Assembly: GCA_965198115.1 (NCBI GenBank)
Contig: OZ240241.1
Coordinates: 4,064,001-4,128,000, forward strand
Direction of reading: 5' to 3'
Origin: Candidatus Latescibacterota bacterium
Lineage (GTDB): Bacteria > Latescibacterota > UBA2968
DNA: 64,000 bases
Below are positions 49,915-58,606 of the stretch, piece by piece. The notes under the pieces are model-generated. The model searched no databases. It was not told the DNA's origin and worked only from the letters and a program-made list of their open reading frames with translations. A program made the position numbers and the translations under genes. The first letter of the stretch is position 1, and each line of letters starts with the position of its first letter.

Positions 49915-51726
49915 ATGAACGAATTGGAAACCACATTTAAGTCGGCCCAGAGAGGATGCATCGAGGCTTACGGCACGCTTGTCGAGCGCTACCAGGATAT
50001 GGCCGTGGGATACGCCTACAGCATCCTCAGGGACTTCCACCTGGCGCAGGACGCGGCACAGGAAGCGTTCATCGAGGCTTTTCCAACGTTGGAAAGAGTT
50101 CACTCACTGGCGGCTTTTCCCAGCTGGATGCGGCGGATCGTCTTCAAACACTGCGACCGTCTGACCCGGAAGGATCGGCGATTCACCTTCCTGTCGGCCG
50201 AAGAAGCGTTGGCACTTCCCGCACGGGAGCCGCTCCCCGACCGGGTTCTGGAGGATCGTGAGATGCACAGCCTGCTGAACGATGCGGTTTCCGACCTGCC
50301 GGAGGGGGAGCGCGAAGTCGTCACGATGTATTACATCTCGGACCAATCACAGAATGACATCGCGACATTTCTGGATGTGCCTGTTTCGACGGTGAAGAAC
50401 AGGCTGAGAAGCGCGCGAACTCGAATGAGAGAGAGGCTGCTTGATATGGTTGAGGACAACTTGAAAGCGAATCGGCCGTCGAAAGACGCGGAATTCGTGA
50501 ACGGCGTGCTGAAGATCGTCGCGCCGGTGAAGGAGAAAGACAGTGACGCGATTTACCGGAGACTGGAGGAAAAGGGCCGTGCAGATATGGCGCGCCAGGC
50601 CCGAAATGGGCGTATCGCGGAGAGTCACTTCGACTGGAAGACCTCCCGTGTCGGGATGGTGGACGGGAAGATCGCGACCCACGTCGGCGTGTATGAACTG
50701 AACTTCCAGATCGGAGATGCGGTCGTCCGTGCGGCCGGCATCAACTGGCTGGACGTGAACAAAGAGACAGCAGACGAAGGGAAGCTGCAGGAGACCATCG
50801 GAGCCGCCGTAGAAGCGATGGAAGCGAATGGCTACGACATCGCCGTGACGAGATCGGAGCGACCGGAATGGCTCGCGCCGCACGGGTTCGTCTACGGGAT
50901 GCCCGTTCAACAATGTTACTACGTTAACGTGGAGGATCTGCCGACTGAGCCGCCTGACGTGATACTCGAGCGGGTTCACGCAAACGAGATCGCGAGTCGC
51001 AAGGACCTCGCGGAGATTTACAACCACGATCACAAGGGTCTGACGGGGTGTTCGATTCGTCCTACTTACCACCGCGGCAAGTGCCCGCCACCCGACGACA
51101 AGGACTTTCCCGCCTACATCTTCAAGGATGATCGTGGGAAGGTCGTCGGCTACCTGTATGACGGACCGTTTCGGGACAAAGAGATGTTCACGTTTTCGGA
51201 TGCTGCCGGTGACCCGGAACAGATTCTTCGAGTGCTTGCGCAGAAGGTGAGGGAGTTCGAGATCGATCGTGTACGGTTCATCAAAATGCCCTATCGCAGC
51301 CCGCTGGCGAAGCGGATCAGGCAGGGCGACTACATTCTCGAGGTCAAGAAGGTTGACAATGATGGGCGCAGCGCGTCGCAGATCAGGCTGATCAACCTTC
51401 GCTCTACCCTGGAGAAGATCGCGCCGGTGCTAGGCGGACGGTTGGCTGCGTCGACGTTGTCAGGATGGGAAGGTACGGTTTCGATCGAAGCCGATGGCCA
51501 GGCTGCGTCACTCGCGATCGGAGGAGCGAAGGTCGATGTGTCGGACGCAGTCGATTCCGATCACTCCGTGCGCGGAGGACAGGAGGTCGCGCAGTTGCTG
51601 ATCAGCACCGAGGTTCCGGACGAGGTCTGCGAAGCCGGTGGCATCACCCTCGCAGGGGATGCGGGCAAGCTGATCGAGGTGCTTTTTCCCGAACAACGCG
51701 GCCAGATGCCCAACGAGGATCTGTAG
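49915..51726 (+). CDS. ECF sigma factor with a large C-terminal Eis-like GNAT/SCP2 extension
   Basis: Sigma region 2 (LVERYQ..DAAQEAF..F.SW.RRI), region 4 (LPE.ERE..IA..L.VP.STVK.RL..AR), then GNAT-like and sterol-carrier-like segments. Confidence 0.82.
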   Translation: MNELETTFKSAQRGCIEAYGTLVERYQDMAVGYAYSILRDFHLAQDAAQEAFIEAFPTLERVHSLAAFPSWMRRIVFKHCDRLTRKDRRFTFLSAEEALALPAREPLPDRVLEDREMHSLLNDAVSDLPEGEREVVTMYYISDQSQNDIATFLDVPVSTVKNRLRSARTRMRERLLDMVEDNLKANRPSKDAEFVNGVLKIVAPVKEKDSDAIYRRLEEKGRADMARQARNGRIAESHFDWKTSRVGMVDGKIATHVGVYELNFQIGDAVVRAAGINWLDVNKETADEGKLQETIGAAVEAMEANGYDIAVTRSERPEWLAPHGFVYGMPVQQCYYVNVEDLPTEPPDVILERVHANEIASRKDLAEIYNHDHKGLTGCSIRPTYHRGKCPPPDDKDFPAYIFKDDRGKVVGYLYDGPFRDKEMFTFSDAAGDPEQILRVLAQKVREFEIDRVRFIKMPYRSPLAKRIRQGDYILEVKKVDNDGRSASQIRLINLRSTLEKIAPVLGGRLAASTLSGWEGTVSIEADGQAASLAIGGAKVDVSDAVDSDHSVRGGQEVAQLLISTEVPDEVCEAGGITLAGDAGKLIEVLFPEQRGQMPNEDL

Positions 51727-51757
51727 GCTGATCCGGGATTCGATGGACAGGTTCTGG

Positions 51758-51785
51758 GTAGGGACGCTTCGCGAAGCGTCCCTAC
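51758..51785. repeat. GTAG-type REP palindrome
   Basis: Perfect palindrome GTAGGGACGCTTCGCGAAGCGTCCCTAC. Confidence 0.75.
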
Positions 51786-51809
51786 CTGCGTACTGATAAC
51801 AAAACGAAC

Positions 51810-51844
51810 GGGCGGCCATCTTATTGATGCGCCGCCCTTCTTGT
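51810..51844 (+). terminator. Probable intrinsic terminator after the ECF gene
   Basis: GGGCGGC-CATC..GATG-C-GCCGCCC hairpin followed by TTCTTGT. Confidence 0.5.
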
Positions 51845-51971
51845 GCCCTGAAGGTGTAAGCCGTTCTCTTCTTGGCGTCTTAGTGTTTTTGCGTTCACCC
51901 TCCCCGTGTTCGTGCATCCCTCGGTCGCCATCGGCTTTCCTCCGACAATGTCTCAGCACACTCGGATTCGG

Positions 51972-52841
51972 CTATGCCATCTTCAACATCTCCGGCGTGA
52001 TCGTGTCTCCGTCGCACGCGCTGACCGCATCCGCTACGACGTCGGCGAGCTCTGCGCAGTTCCGAGGCCAGGCGTACGCTTTGAGATGATCCAGGGCGGC
52101 TTCGCTGAGGGCGGGAGCCGGGCCGTCGCTGTCCTTGGTACGCGACCGGATGAAGTGATTCGCAATTTCGGACAAGTCTTCGAGACGGTCCCTGAGCGTC
52201 GGACTGAGAATCGAGTTTTTCGCGAGCATCTCGTATAAATCCGATCTGAATCGGCCCTGATCGACGGCATCCTGGAGGCTGTGATGACAGATGCCGACAA
52301 TACGAACATCCGATCGCAGGATGGTCGCGCCACCCATCCGTGAGAACCGCCCGTTGACGCAATAGGCGGCCAGCTTCTGCTGGATGTTCGGTGAGAGCCT
52401 GTCGATAGCCTCGATGCAGACCGTGCCCCGCTTTGCCAGTCTGAGCAGACCCGACACCGGCGATGAACGGCCGCCTGCGGGATCCGCCTCGACGCCGAAC
52501 AGTTCCGTTTCGATCGTTGCATCCGTTGCACTCGCATCGAGGAACAGAATAGGCTGGTCGGCACGAGGACCGTTGAAGTGGACGGCCTTCGTGATCAGCA
52601 TTTTACCCGTCCCGGGTTCCCCCTCAACCAGCACGTGATCGTCGATCCTCGCCACTTCCTCGATGCGTCGGAGCAGCGCCTGATTCAGCTCACTCTCACC
52701 CACGATGCTCGTCGTGATTTTGGCTTTCCCGTCACCTGCAGGCGAGGACGACCGGAGAGCATCGAGCATTTCCTCTGCTTCCTCTTCGCTGACCGTTCCG
52801 GCCGCGAGGAGCGATAGAACTTTCCGTTCTGCTGCATCCAT
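51972..52841 (-). CDS. Degenerate sigma54-activator-type AAA+ protein with an N-terminal SHOCT-like helix pair
   Basis: ERKVLSLLAAGTVSEEEAEEMLDAL; GEPGTGK, FRSDLY, WP.N..EL; no GAFTGA, altered Walker B (CIEAID), no HTH. Confidence 0.78.
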   Translation of the reverse strand: MDAAERKVLSLLAAGTVSEEEAEEMLDALRSSSPAGDGKAKITTSIVGESELNQALLRRIEEVARIDDHVLVEGEPGTGKMLITKAVHFNGPRADQPILFLDASATDATIETELFGVEADPAGGRSSPVSGLLRLAKRGTVCIEAIDRLSPNIQQKLAAYCVNGRFSRMGGATILRSDVRIVGICHHSLQDAVDQGRFRSDLYEMLAKNSILSPTLRDRLEDLSEIANHFIRSRTKDSDGPAPALSEAALDHLKAYAWPRNCAELADVVADAVSACDGDTITPEMLKMA

Positions 52842-52864
52842 TGTTACCTCCTTGATCGACGTTA

Positions 52865-53227
52865 TCAGCCGGGTCTCCGAAGTTGAGCGATCGCATCGCG
52901 TGCGGTCAGCTCTCCATCCACAACCGCGTCCAGAATGCTCAGCTGGGACTCGCGTTCGTTCCGAGATGGGTTACCCAACGCCTGGTTCACCTCCTCCAGG
53001 CGTTTTCGAACGGTGGGGTAGGAGATCCCCAGATCCCGCTCGACTTCCCGGATGTTGCCTCGGGCGCCGATGAATGCGAGGATGAACCGCTGCTGCTCGT
53101 CGGAGAGCAGACCGAGCAGAGAGGTTCGAAATTCGCCCTCGATCGTGGCCGAACAATCGTGACACCCGAGTTTGACCGGACGAAGCCGTCCTCCGCAGAT
53201 CGGACAGGCTGTGAGTGAGTGATTCAT
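52865..53227 (-). CDS. DUF2089 family protein (zinc ribbon + HTH)
   Basis: CPICG...C..C.ATIEGEF, F....GN..EVE..LGISYPTV..RL, SHOCT-like tail. Confidence 0.9.
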   Translation of the reverse strand: MNHSLTACPICGGRLRPVKLGCHDCSATIEGEFRTSLLGLLSDEQQRFILAFIGARGNIREVERDLGISYPTVRKRLEEVNQALGNPSRNERESQLSILDAVVDGELTARDAIAQLRRPG

Positions 53228-53397
53228 GGTCCTCCCCATTCCAGACCCACCGAAGTATTCGATTTAATTTGAAATTATTAATTAATAATATTTAATATAT
53301 CAATTTATACAAGAAAAATAGTTTCAAAAATGAATTATTACTATCCTGTTTATAAAAAGTGCCCACCCTCGCCTGTTCGAGAGTGGGCTTCAGTTAG

Positions 53398-54967
53398 CCT
53401 GAATTATGCATAAAAAAGGTAGTCTCCTTGTACAAGTGTTTGTTTTTCCCTACATTAGGGCTGACACATCAAAACAACACTTGGAAGGAACTACCGTGAT
53501 AGAACCTAGTCAGATCCGGTTACCATTCGCAAGCATTTCGGGCAAGGTAGTTGAGGCTGATTTTGCCGGTGGCGCCGTCAGGAGTGACGGTGGAGTTCTG
53601 TTGCTTCGCGCCCTTGAGTCTCAGATGGGATTGATCGCCAGAATGGTAGATGCTTTGCGAGATCGTCGTCACCCAAGCTATATCGATCACACGCTTTTGG
53701 ATCTTGTGAAGCAGCGTGTTTTTCAGATCGCTTGCGGCTATGAAGATGCCGTCGATTGTGATGATTTGCGCCACGATCCGGGCGTCAAGGCTGCCTGCGA
53801 TCGGCTTCCTCTTTCCGGTCCTGATCTCGGGAGCCAATCAACGATGACACGACTTGAGAATGATGTGCGACGCTCGGATTTGTATCGGCTCGCACGGGCT
53901 TTTGTAGACGGGTTCATCGCATCGTATGACCAGGCACCCCCAAGCATCATTCTCGATATCGACGACACGGATGACCCAACGCACGGTGCGCAACAATTTT
54001 CACTCTTCAACGCGTATTACAATGAACACTGCTATATGCCGCTACATATCTATGAAGGCCAAAGCGGCAAGCTCATTACGACGATCTTGAGACCCGGGCA
54101 TCCGACGAACGGTAAACAGGTCGTTTCTATTCTCAAGCGCTTGGTGGAACACCTACGCGGATCTTGGCCAAACGTGGAGATCATCGTTCGCGCAGACTCA
54201 AAGTTCAGCTCACCAGAGATGCACGATTTCTGCGAAGACAACGGTATCTACTACGTTCTGGGCCAGGGCGCCAACTCCAGGCTCAAAGCGGCTGGACAAA
54301 ACCTGATGGACCAAGCGCTACGTCTGAGCGAGCATAAGGAGACGATTCGCTTGTTCTCATCCTTCTCATATCAGGCTGGCACCTACCGGCAGCCTCGCCG
54401 GATCATTCACAAGGCTGAAGTCACAAACGGCGAAGCAAATCCAAGATACCGCGTGACCAATTTACAGAGTAATCGAGACGGCTTTATCTATGATCGTATC
54501 CGATCGAACATCGTGCCACAAGTTTGAAGCCAACCAGTTCCGACTCTTTCTACACAGTGCTGCATACGCCTTGCTTCACGCACTCCGATCACAGGGACTC
54601 AAGGGCACCGCGTGGACCAAACCTCAGGTCAACACGATACAGAACCGTTTCCTCAAAATCGGCGCGAGAGTCATTGAAAGCGCACGAAGAATCCGATTCC
54701 ATTTTCCAACATCGTATCCACTCAAAAACGTCTTGGTGTCAATCATCACCAGGCTCGAAACGAACACGCAGTAACAACGCCGATCTATACCGGGGACAGC
54801 TATGTACACGTCGCAAAACAACACCTGTTCCGGACGAAAATCGTGACTCTTGCGACTCGTAGAGACCGCTTACGGGACCTTGGACATCCGAAGAAGCCGA
54901 GAACAAATCCTGTGCGTGATCACATCACTCCAAAACAACCTAAACTCAAATTCATGCATGATTCAGG
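53398..54967 (+). mobile_element. IS1380-family insertion sequence (defective)
   Basis: Terminal IRs CCTGAATTATGCATAAA / CCTGAATCATGCATGAA; lower GC; flanks TTAG vs CTAG. Confidence 0.92.
53496..54774 (+). pseudogene. IS1380 transposase with an internal deletion/frameshift at ~54500
   Basis: SDGG.LLL, GYED..D...LR.DP, LDIDDTDDPTHG.Q, RADS; the RG..EN.IKE segment is absent and DRTSCH.F.ANQFRL is in another frame. Confidence 0.88.
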
Positions 54968-55991
54968 CTAGGGGCGAGGCGACGGCCGCGAAGTGGTTCA
55001 TCGTGACGCCCATCGACAGTGTCGGCTTGAGATCTTCGTCAGGCGCGATTTTGTGCAGATAAGTCGTCAGCGCGATCCCTCCGAAGAAGATCATGTTGTC
55101 GATGCAGTAGAGGACGTAGAGGATGGGGCGACTGTCGATCGTGCCGTAGCCAAAAAAAACGAAGGCCAAAACCACATAGCTGAAACTCAGCATCTTCCGC
55201 TCACCGTATCGGTCCACCAGACGTCCCATCCAGGTCGCCGTCAGGGTGATCAGAAGCTGATTCACGAACACGAGCTTCATCGTCGTCGCGACCGGCATGC
55301 CGTGGACCTTCACGAGGGCAAAAATCGCGAACGTAATGAACATCTGTTTTCTCAATCCCTGAAGAAAGTTCAGGGCATAGTAAAGACCGTAGCGCCGCTT
55401 CAGAACGAAGCTCTTCTCGACCTCCGGCTTGCTTCTGCTGGTGAACAGAATGGCGACGCCACCGAGGATCGTGGCGATCCCTGCGAACAGAAACAGCCCC
55501 CCGTAGCCGATCAGATCGTAGGTCAGGTTACACGTGACGATCGTTGCCAGCCACGCCAGACTGTGGACTGATCGCAGCTGACCGAGCCAGTTTCCCTTGG
55601 TGCCCTCGGGAGAGAACAACAGCGACATGGACTGCTCCAGAGGGAGCCAGCAATGAAAGCCGATACTCCAGACCACGGAGTAGAGGGCGAGCGTTGCGAC
55701 CGACGTCACCCCCGCGTAGGCAATGATTCCGGCTCCCATAATCGCGAGTGAGAGGGCCGCGACGACCGGTGGCGCAAAACGGATCATCACCGCCAGAAAC
55801 AGCACATTCAAGAACCCGGGAACCTCGCGCAGTGCCTCAACCCATCCCAGCTCGTGCGGTTCGATACCGAGTCGATCTACGATGAAGTTGTAAAACAGCG
55901 ACATCTGCACACCGAAGAAAATGCCTTGCGAAGCCACTGCCGCTGCGAGAAGCCGAAAGTCCCGGTTCCATTGTGTGATCGAGAGTTTCAC
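54968..55991 (-). pseudogene. MFS transporter, 3'-truncated by IS1380
   Basis: About 10-11 TM segments, GRLVDRYGER motif; the ORF runs into the IS end at HFAAVASPL. Confidence 0.82.
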
Positions 55992-56147
55992 GTTCAGGCC
56001 TGAGAGAGTCGTGTGCTCGTTCGCATTTCAGCCTTCTGCAACACCGTCCGCCCTTCGATACGACGGACACACGCGTCCAGATGAGTGGCAGTCACCCCTC
56101 TTGGCTCGGCCGTCTACTCAGGGTGAACGGTGAGGGTTCCCTGCACG

Positions 56148-56327
56148 TCAGATGCGTGTTAGATCCTCTTCCACTTCTGAGGGTTTGACCCAGAGATCCC
56201 AGTCGTAGTTTTCGTTCTTCCCGTCGGGATCGACGAGGGGGCGGGCGGGGGACAGTGTTTCGTCGACCGTTTCGAGTTGGGACAACCAGATCTGGATCGC
56301 ATCCACACCCGTCTGAAACTCTCCCAT
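56148..56327 (-). CDS. Small acidic hypothetical protein (59 aa)
   Basis: ORF directly downstream of the ABC permease with typical codon usage; no recognisable motif. Confidence 0.45.
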   Translation of the reverse strand: MGEFQTGVDAIQIWLSQLETVDETLSPARPLVDPDGKNENYDWDLWVKPSEVEEDLTRI

Positions 56328-56378
56328 CGGACGACCCTTCCCATCGTAAACGCGAATGCTCACGACAGAAAGCACGGA

Positions 56379-57065
56379 TCAGACCTCGACCCATCGATCG
56401 AACAGGACAATCCCGGATGCTGTATAGACCAATCCGAACGCGAAGGAGAAAGCGACTTGAATCCACGGTGTGCCCAGTTGATCGCCAACCAGATCGTAAA
56501 AGGGGGAAAGGAGCTGAAAGTAGAGCACGAGCGTCACCACCACATAAACGAAGCCGAGCAACCACCAGGGCCCGGCGACCGCCTGCCGGATTCCTACCCA
56601 ATTGGTGGCAATGCCCAGCAGCAGGACGACCGTAGCCAGATACTGCGTGTTGACGTAGGTCAACACCAACCGGGGCGTGGCGCCGAACTGTTGCAGCAGC
56701 AGGCCCGTCACCTCGAATTCGACCCGCAGAAGATGAATGCCCGCGAGGGAGACACCGAAAATGGCGAGACCTACGCTCAGCGGTGCGACCCATTTGGCCA
56801 AGGCGATAAGCGCAGGTCTCACCGGGAGAGCCAGCAGAAGGTAGTGGGTCGACGCCCTCCACTCTCCGGAAAACGAGCGAACGAGGGCAAACGGCAGCAG
56901 TGCCGCGGTCACCCAAACGGGAAAGCCAGCGAGGAAGAGGGCACCGGCTTCTCCCTCGACTCGAGTGAGGATGAACGTATAGAGCAAGATGGCACCCGCC
57001 GACAGCCCTCCGTAGACCCCTCTGTGCTCGCGTAGCTCCTTCAAGTAAAGAGCCAGCCACATCAT
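56379..57065 (-). CDS. ABC-2 type exporter membrane protein
   Basis: ALYLKELRE start, six TM segments, EW..ST...LL.LPV....L.K motif. Confidence 0.82.
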   Translation of the reverse strand: MMWLALYLKELREHRGVYGGLSAGAILLYTFILTRVEGEAGALFLAGFPVWVTAALLPFALVRSFSGEWRASTHYLLLALPVRPALIALAKWVAPLSVGLAIFGVSLAGIHLLRVEFEVTGLLLQQFGATPRLVLTYVNTQYLATVVLLLGIATNWVGIRQAVAGPWWLLGFVYVVVTLVLYFQLLSPFYDLVGDQLGTPWIQVAFSFAFGLVYTASGIVLFDRWVEV

Positions 57066-57781
57066 CAGATCGCGACCTCCTCGAACAGGTCGCTCAGGTC
57101 GACGCCGCGTTCACGCTTGAGCGCTTCGGCGTCTCCCTGGAGTGTGATCTCGCCATCGCGGAAGAAGATCACGTCCTCCACATACGGCTCCACTTCGTAG
57201 ACGAGATGCGTCGAAATCATGATGGTCTGTTCGGGGCGTCTGACTCGATTGATCAGCTCACTCAGAATTTTCCGCCTCGAAGGTTGATCGATCCCGCTCA
57301 GGGGCTCGTCCATCAACACCAGTCGGCTCGGCCACGCAAAACCTGCCACGATCTTCAGCCGACCTCGCTGACCCCTCGAGAGCGTCTCGATCGTCTGGTC
57401 CTCTTCCAACTCCATCGTGTCGAGCAGGGCGCGTGCACGGTCGGCCTCCCAACCGGGGTGGAATTTTTGTAGGAAATCGAGCATCCCGCCGACAGTCATC
57501 CACCCATAGAACGGGTCGACCTCAGGCAAATAGGATGTGATGCGTCGCGACCGATGAGACGGAGCAACATCATCGAGCGTGACCGTCCCGTTCGTGGGCC
57601 GTGTAAGTCCCGCCAGAATCCTGAAAAAGGTGCTCTTCCCGGACCCGTTCTGTCCCAGAACACCAACAACACGACCGATCGAAACGTGTGTATCGACGCC
57701 GCGCAACGCCCATTTCGATCCGTATCGCTTTTCTAATTTTTCCGTATGAACCATAGGCGCGGAATGTACGTGTTCGAGCAT
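57065..57781 (-). CDS. ABC transporter ATP-binding protein
   Basis: GQNGSGKST, LSRGQ signature, LMDEP, STH. Confidence 0.95.
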   Translation of the reverse strand: MLEHVHSAPMVHTEKLEKRYGSKWALRGVDTHVSIGRVVGVLGQNGSGKSTFFRILAGLTRPTNGTVTLDDVAPSHRSRRITSYLPEVDPFYGWMTVGGMLDFLQKFHPGWEADRARALLDTMELEEDQTIETLSRGQRGRLKIVAGFAWPSRLVLMDEPLSGIDQPSRRKILSELINRVRRPEQTIMISTHLVYEVEPYVEDVIFFRDGEITLQGDAEALKRERGVDLSDLFEEVAI

Positions 57782-57858
57782 GGAATGTCACGGAAACTCA
57801 ACATACACCAACCTGATGAACATATAAACCATTTAATAACAATATGTTAATATATACA

Positions 57859-57931
57859 TTGACAGAACACATCTCCTGTGTATGTTTATGGAACATTCGT
57901 TTAAAGCGAACGTTTAAATCGTACGCTTGAA
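57859..57931 (+). promoter_or_regulatory. Sigma70 promoter and probable TetR operator array
   Basis: TTGACA-N16-TATGTT; CGTTTAAA/CGTTTAAA/CGCTTGAA repeated with a 13-bp period (57898, 57911, 57924). Confidence 0.6.
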
Positions 57932-57940
57932 TGGACGCCT

Positions 57941-58606
57941 ATGACCGAAACACCCACCACGGACACACGTGTCAAACTTCTCGATGCGGCAGAACGTCTG
58001 TTCGCCAACCAAGGCATCGGCGGCACCTCCCTGCGTGCGATCACGAATGAGGCAGGCGCCAATCTGGCGTCGATCCACTATCACTTCGGGAGCAAGGAGG
58101 CCCTGCTCCAGGCGGTCTTCGCGCGACGAATCGAGCCGATCAACCAGATGCGGCTCGATCAGCTGGCCGCAGCCGAAAACCGGCAGGCCAGCCCCGGTCT
58201 CGAGGAAATTATCAGGGCGTTCGTCCGGCCTGCCCTGAGCCTGCTACGATCGCCCGACCACGGCGGAGAGTGTGTGATGCATCTGATGGGCCGCCTCTAC
58301 TCCGAACCCGGCGATTTCAAGTTTTCGATCCTCAGCCTGTTCGAGGAAGTCGCGCAGCGATTCGGCGCCGCGCTGCATCGGGCGGTTCCCGAACTGCCGG
58401 CCGACGAGCTCTTCTGGCGATTTCACTTCATGATCGGAAGCATGGCGTTCACCCTCGTCGCCGGCGACGTCATCCAACGGCGCTCCGAAGGGCGCATCAA
58501 TCTGGACGACGTCGACGCCAACGTCGAGCGCCTGGTCAGCTTCATAGCTGGCGGGCTTCGCGCTCCACTGCCCGACCATCTTCATCCTGAGAGACGCCCG
58601 GAATGA
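57941..58606 (+). CDS. TetR/AcrR family regulator (PsrA/CecR-like)
   Basis: LLDAAERLFA..G...TSLRAIT..AG.N.A.I.YHFGSKE.L. Confidence 0.95.
   Translation: MTETPTTDTRVKLLDAAERLFANQGIGGTSLRAITNEAGANLASIHYHFGSKEALLQAVFARRIEPINQMRLDQLAAAENRQASPGLEEIIRAFVRPALSLLRSPDHGGECVMHLMGRLYSEPGDFKFSILSLFEEVAQRFGAALHRAVPELPADELFWRFHFMIGSMAFTLVAGDVIQRRSEGRINLDDVDANVERLVSFIAGGLRAPLPDHLHPERRPE

Noticed and set aside
6558-56130. Dispersed repeats as a CRISPR array
   Set aside because: Copies are scattered, with no regular repeat-spacer structure and no cas genes
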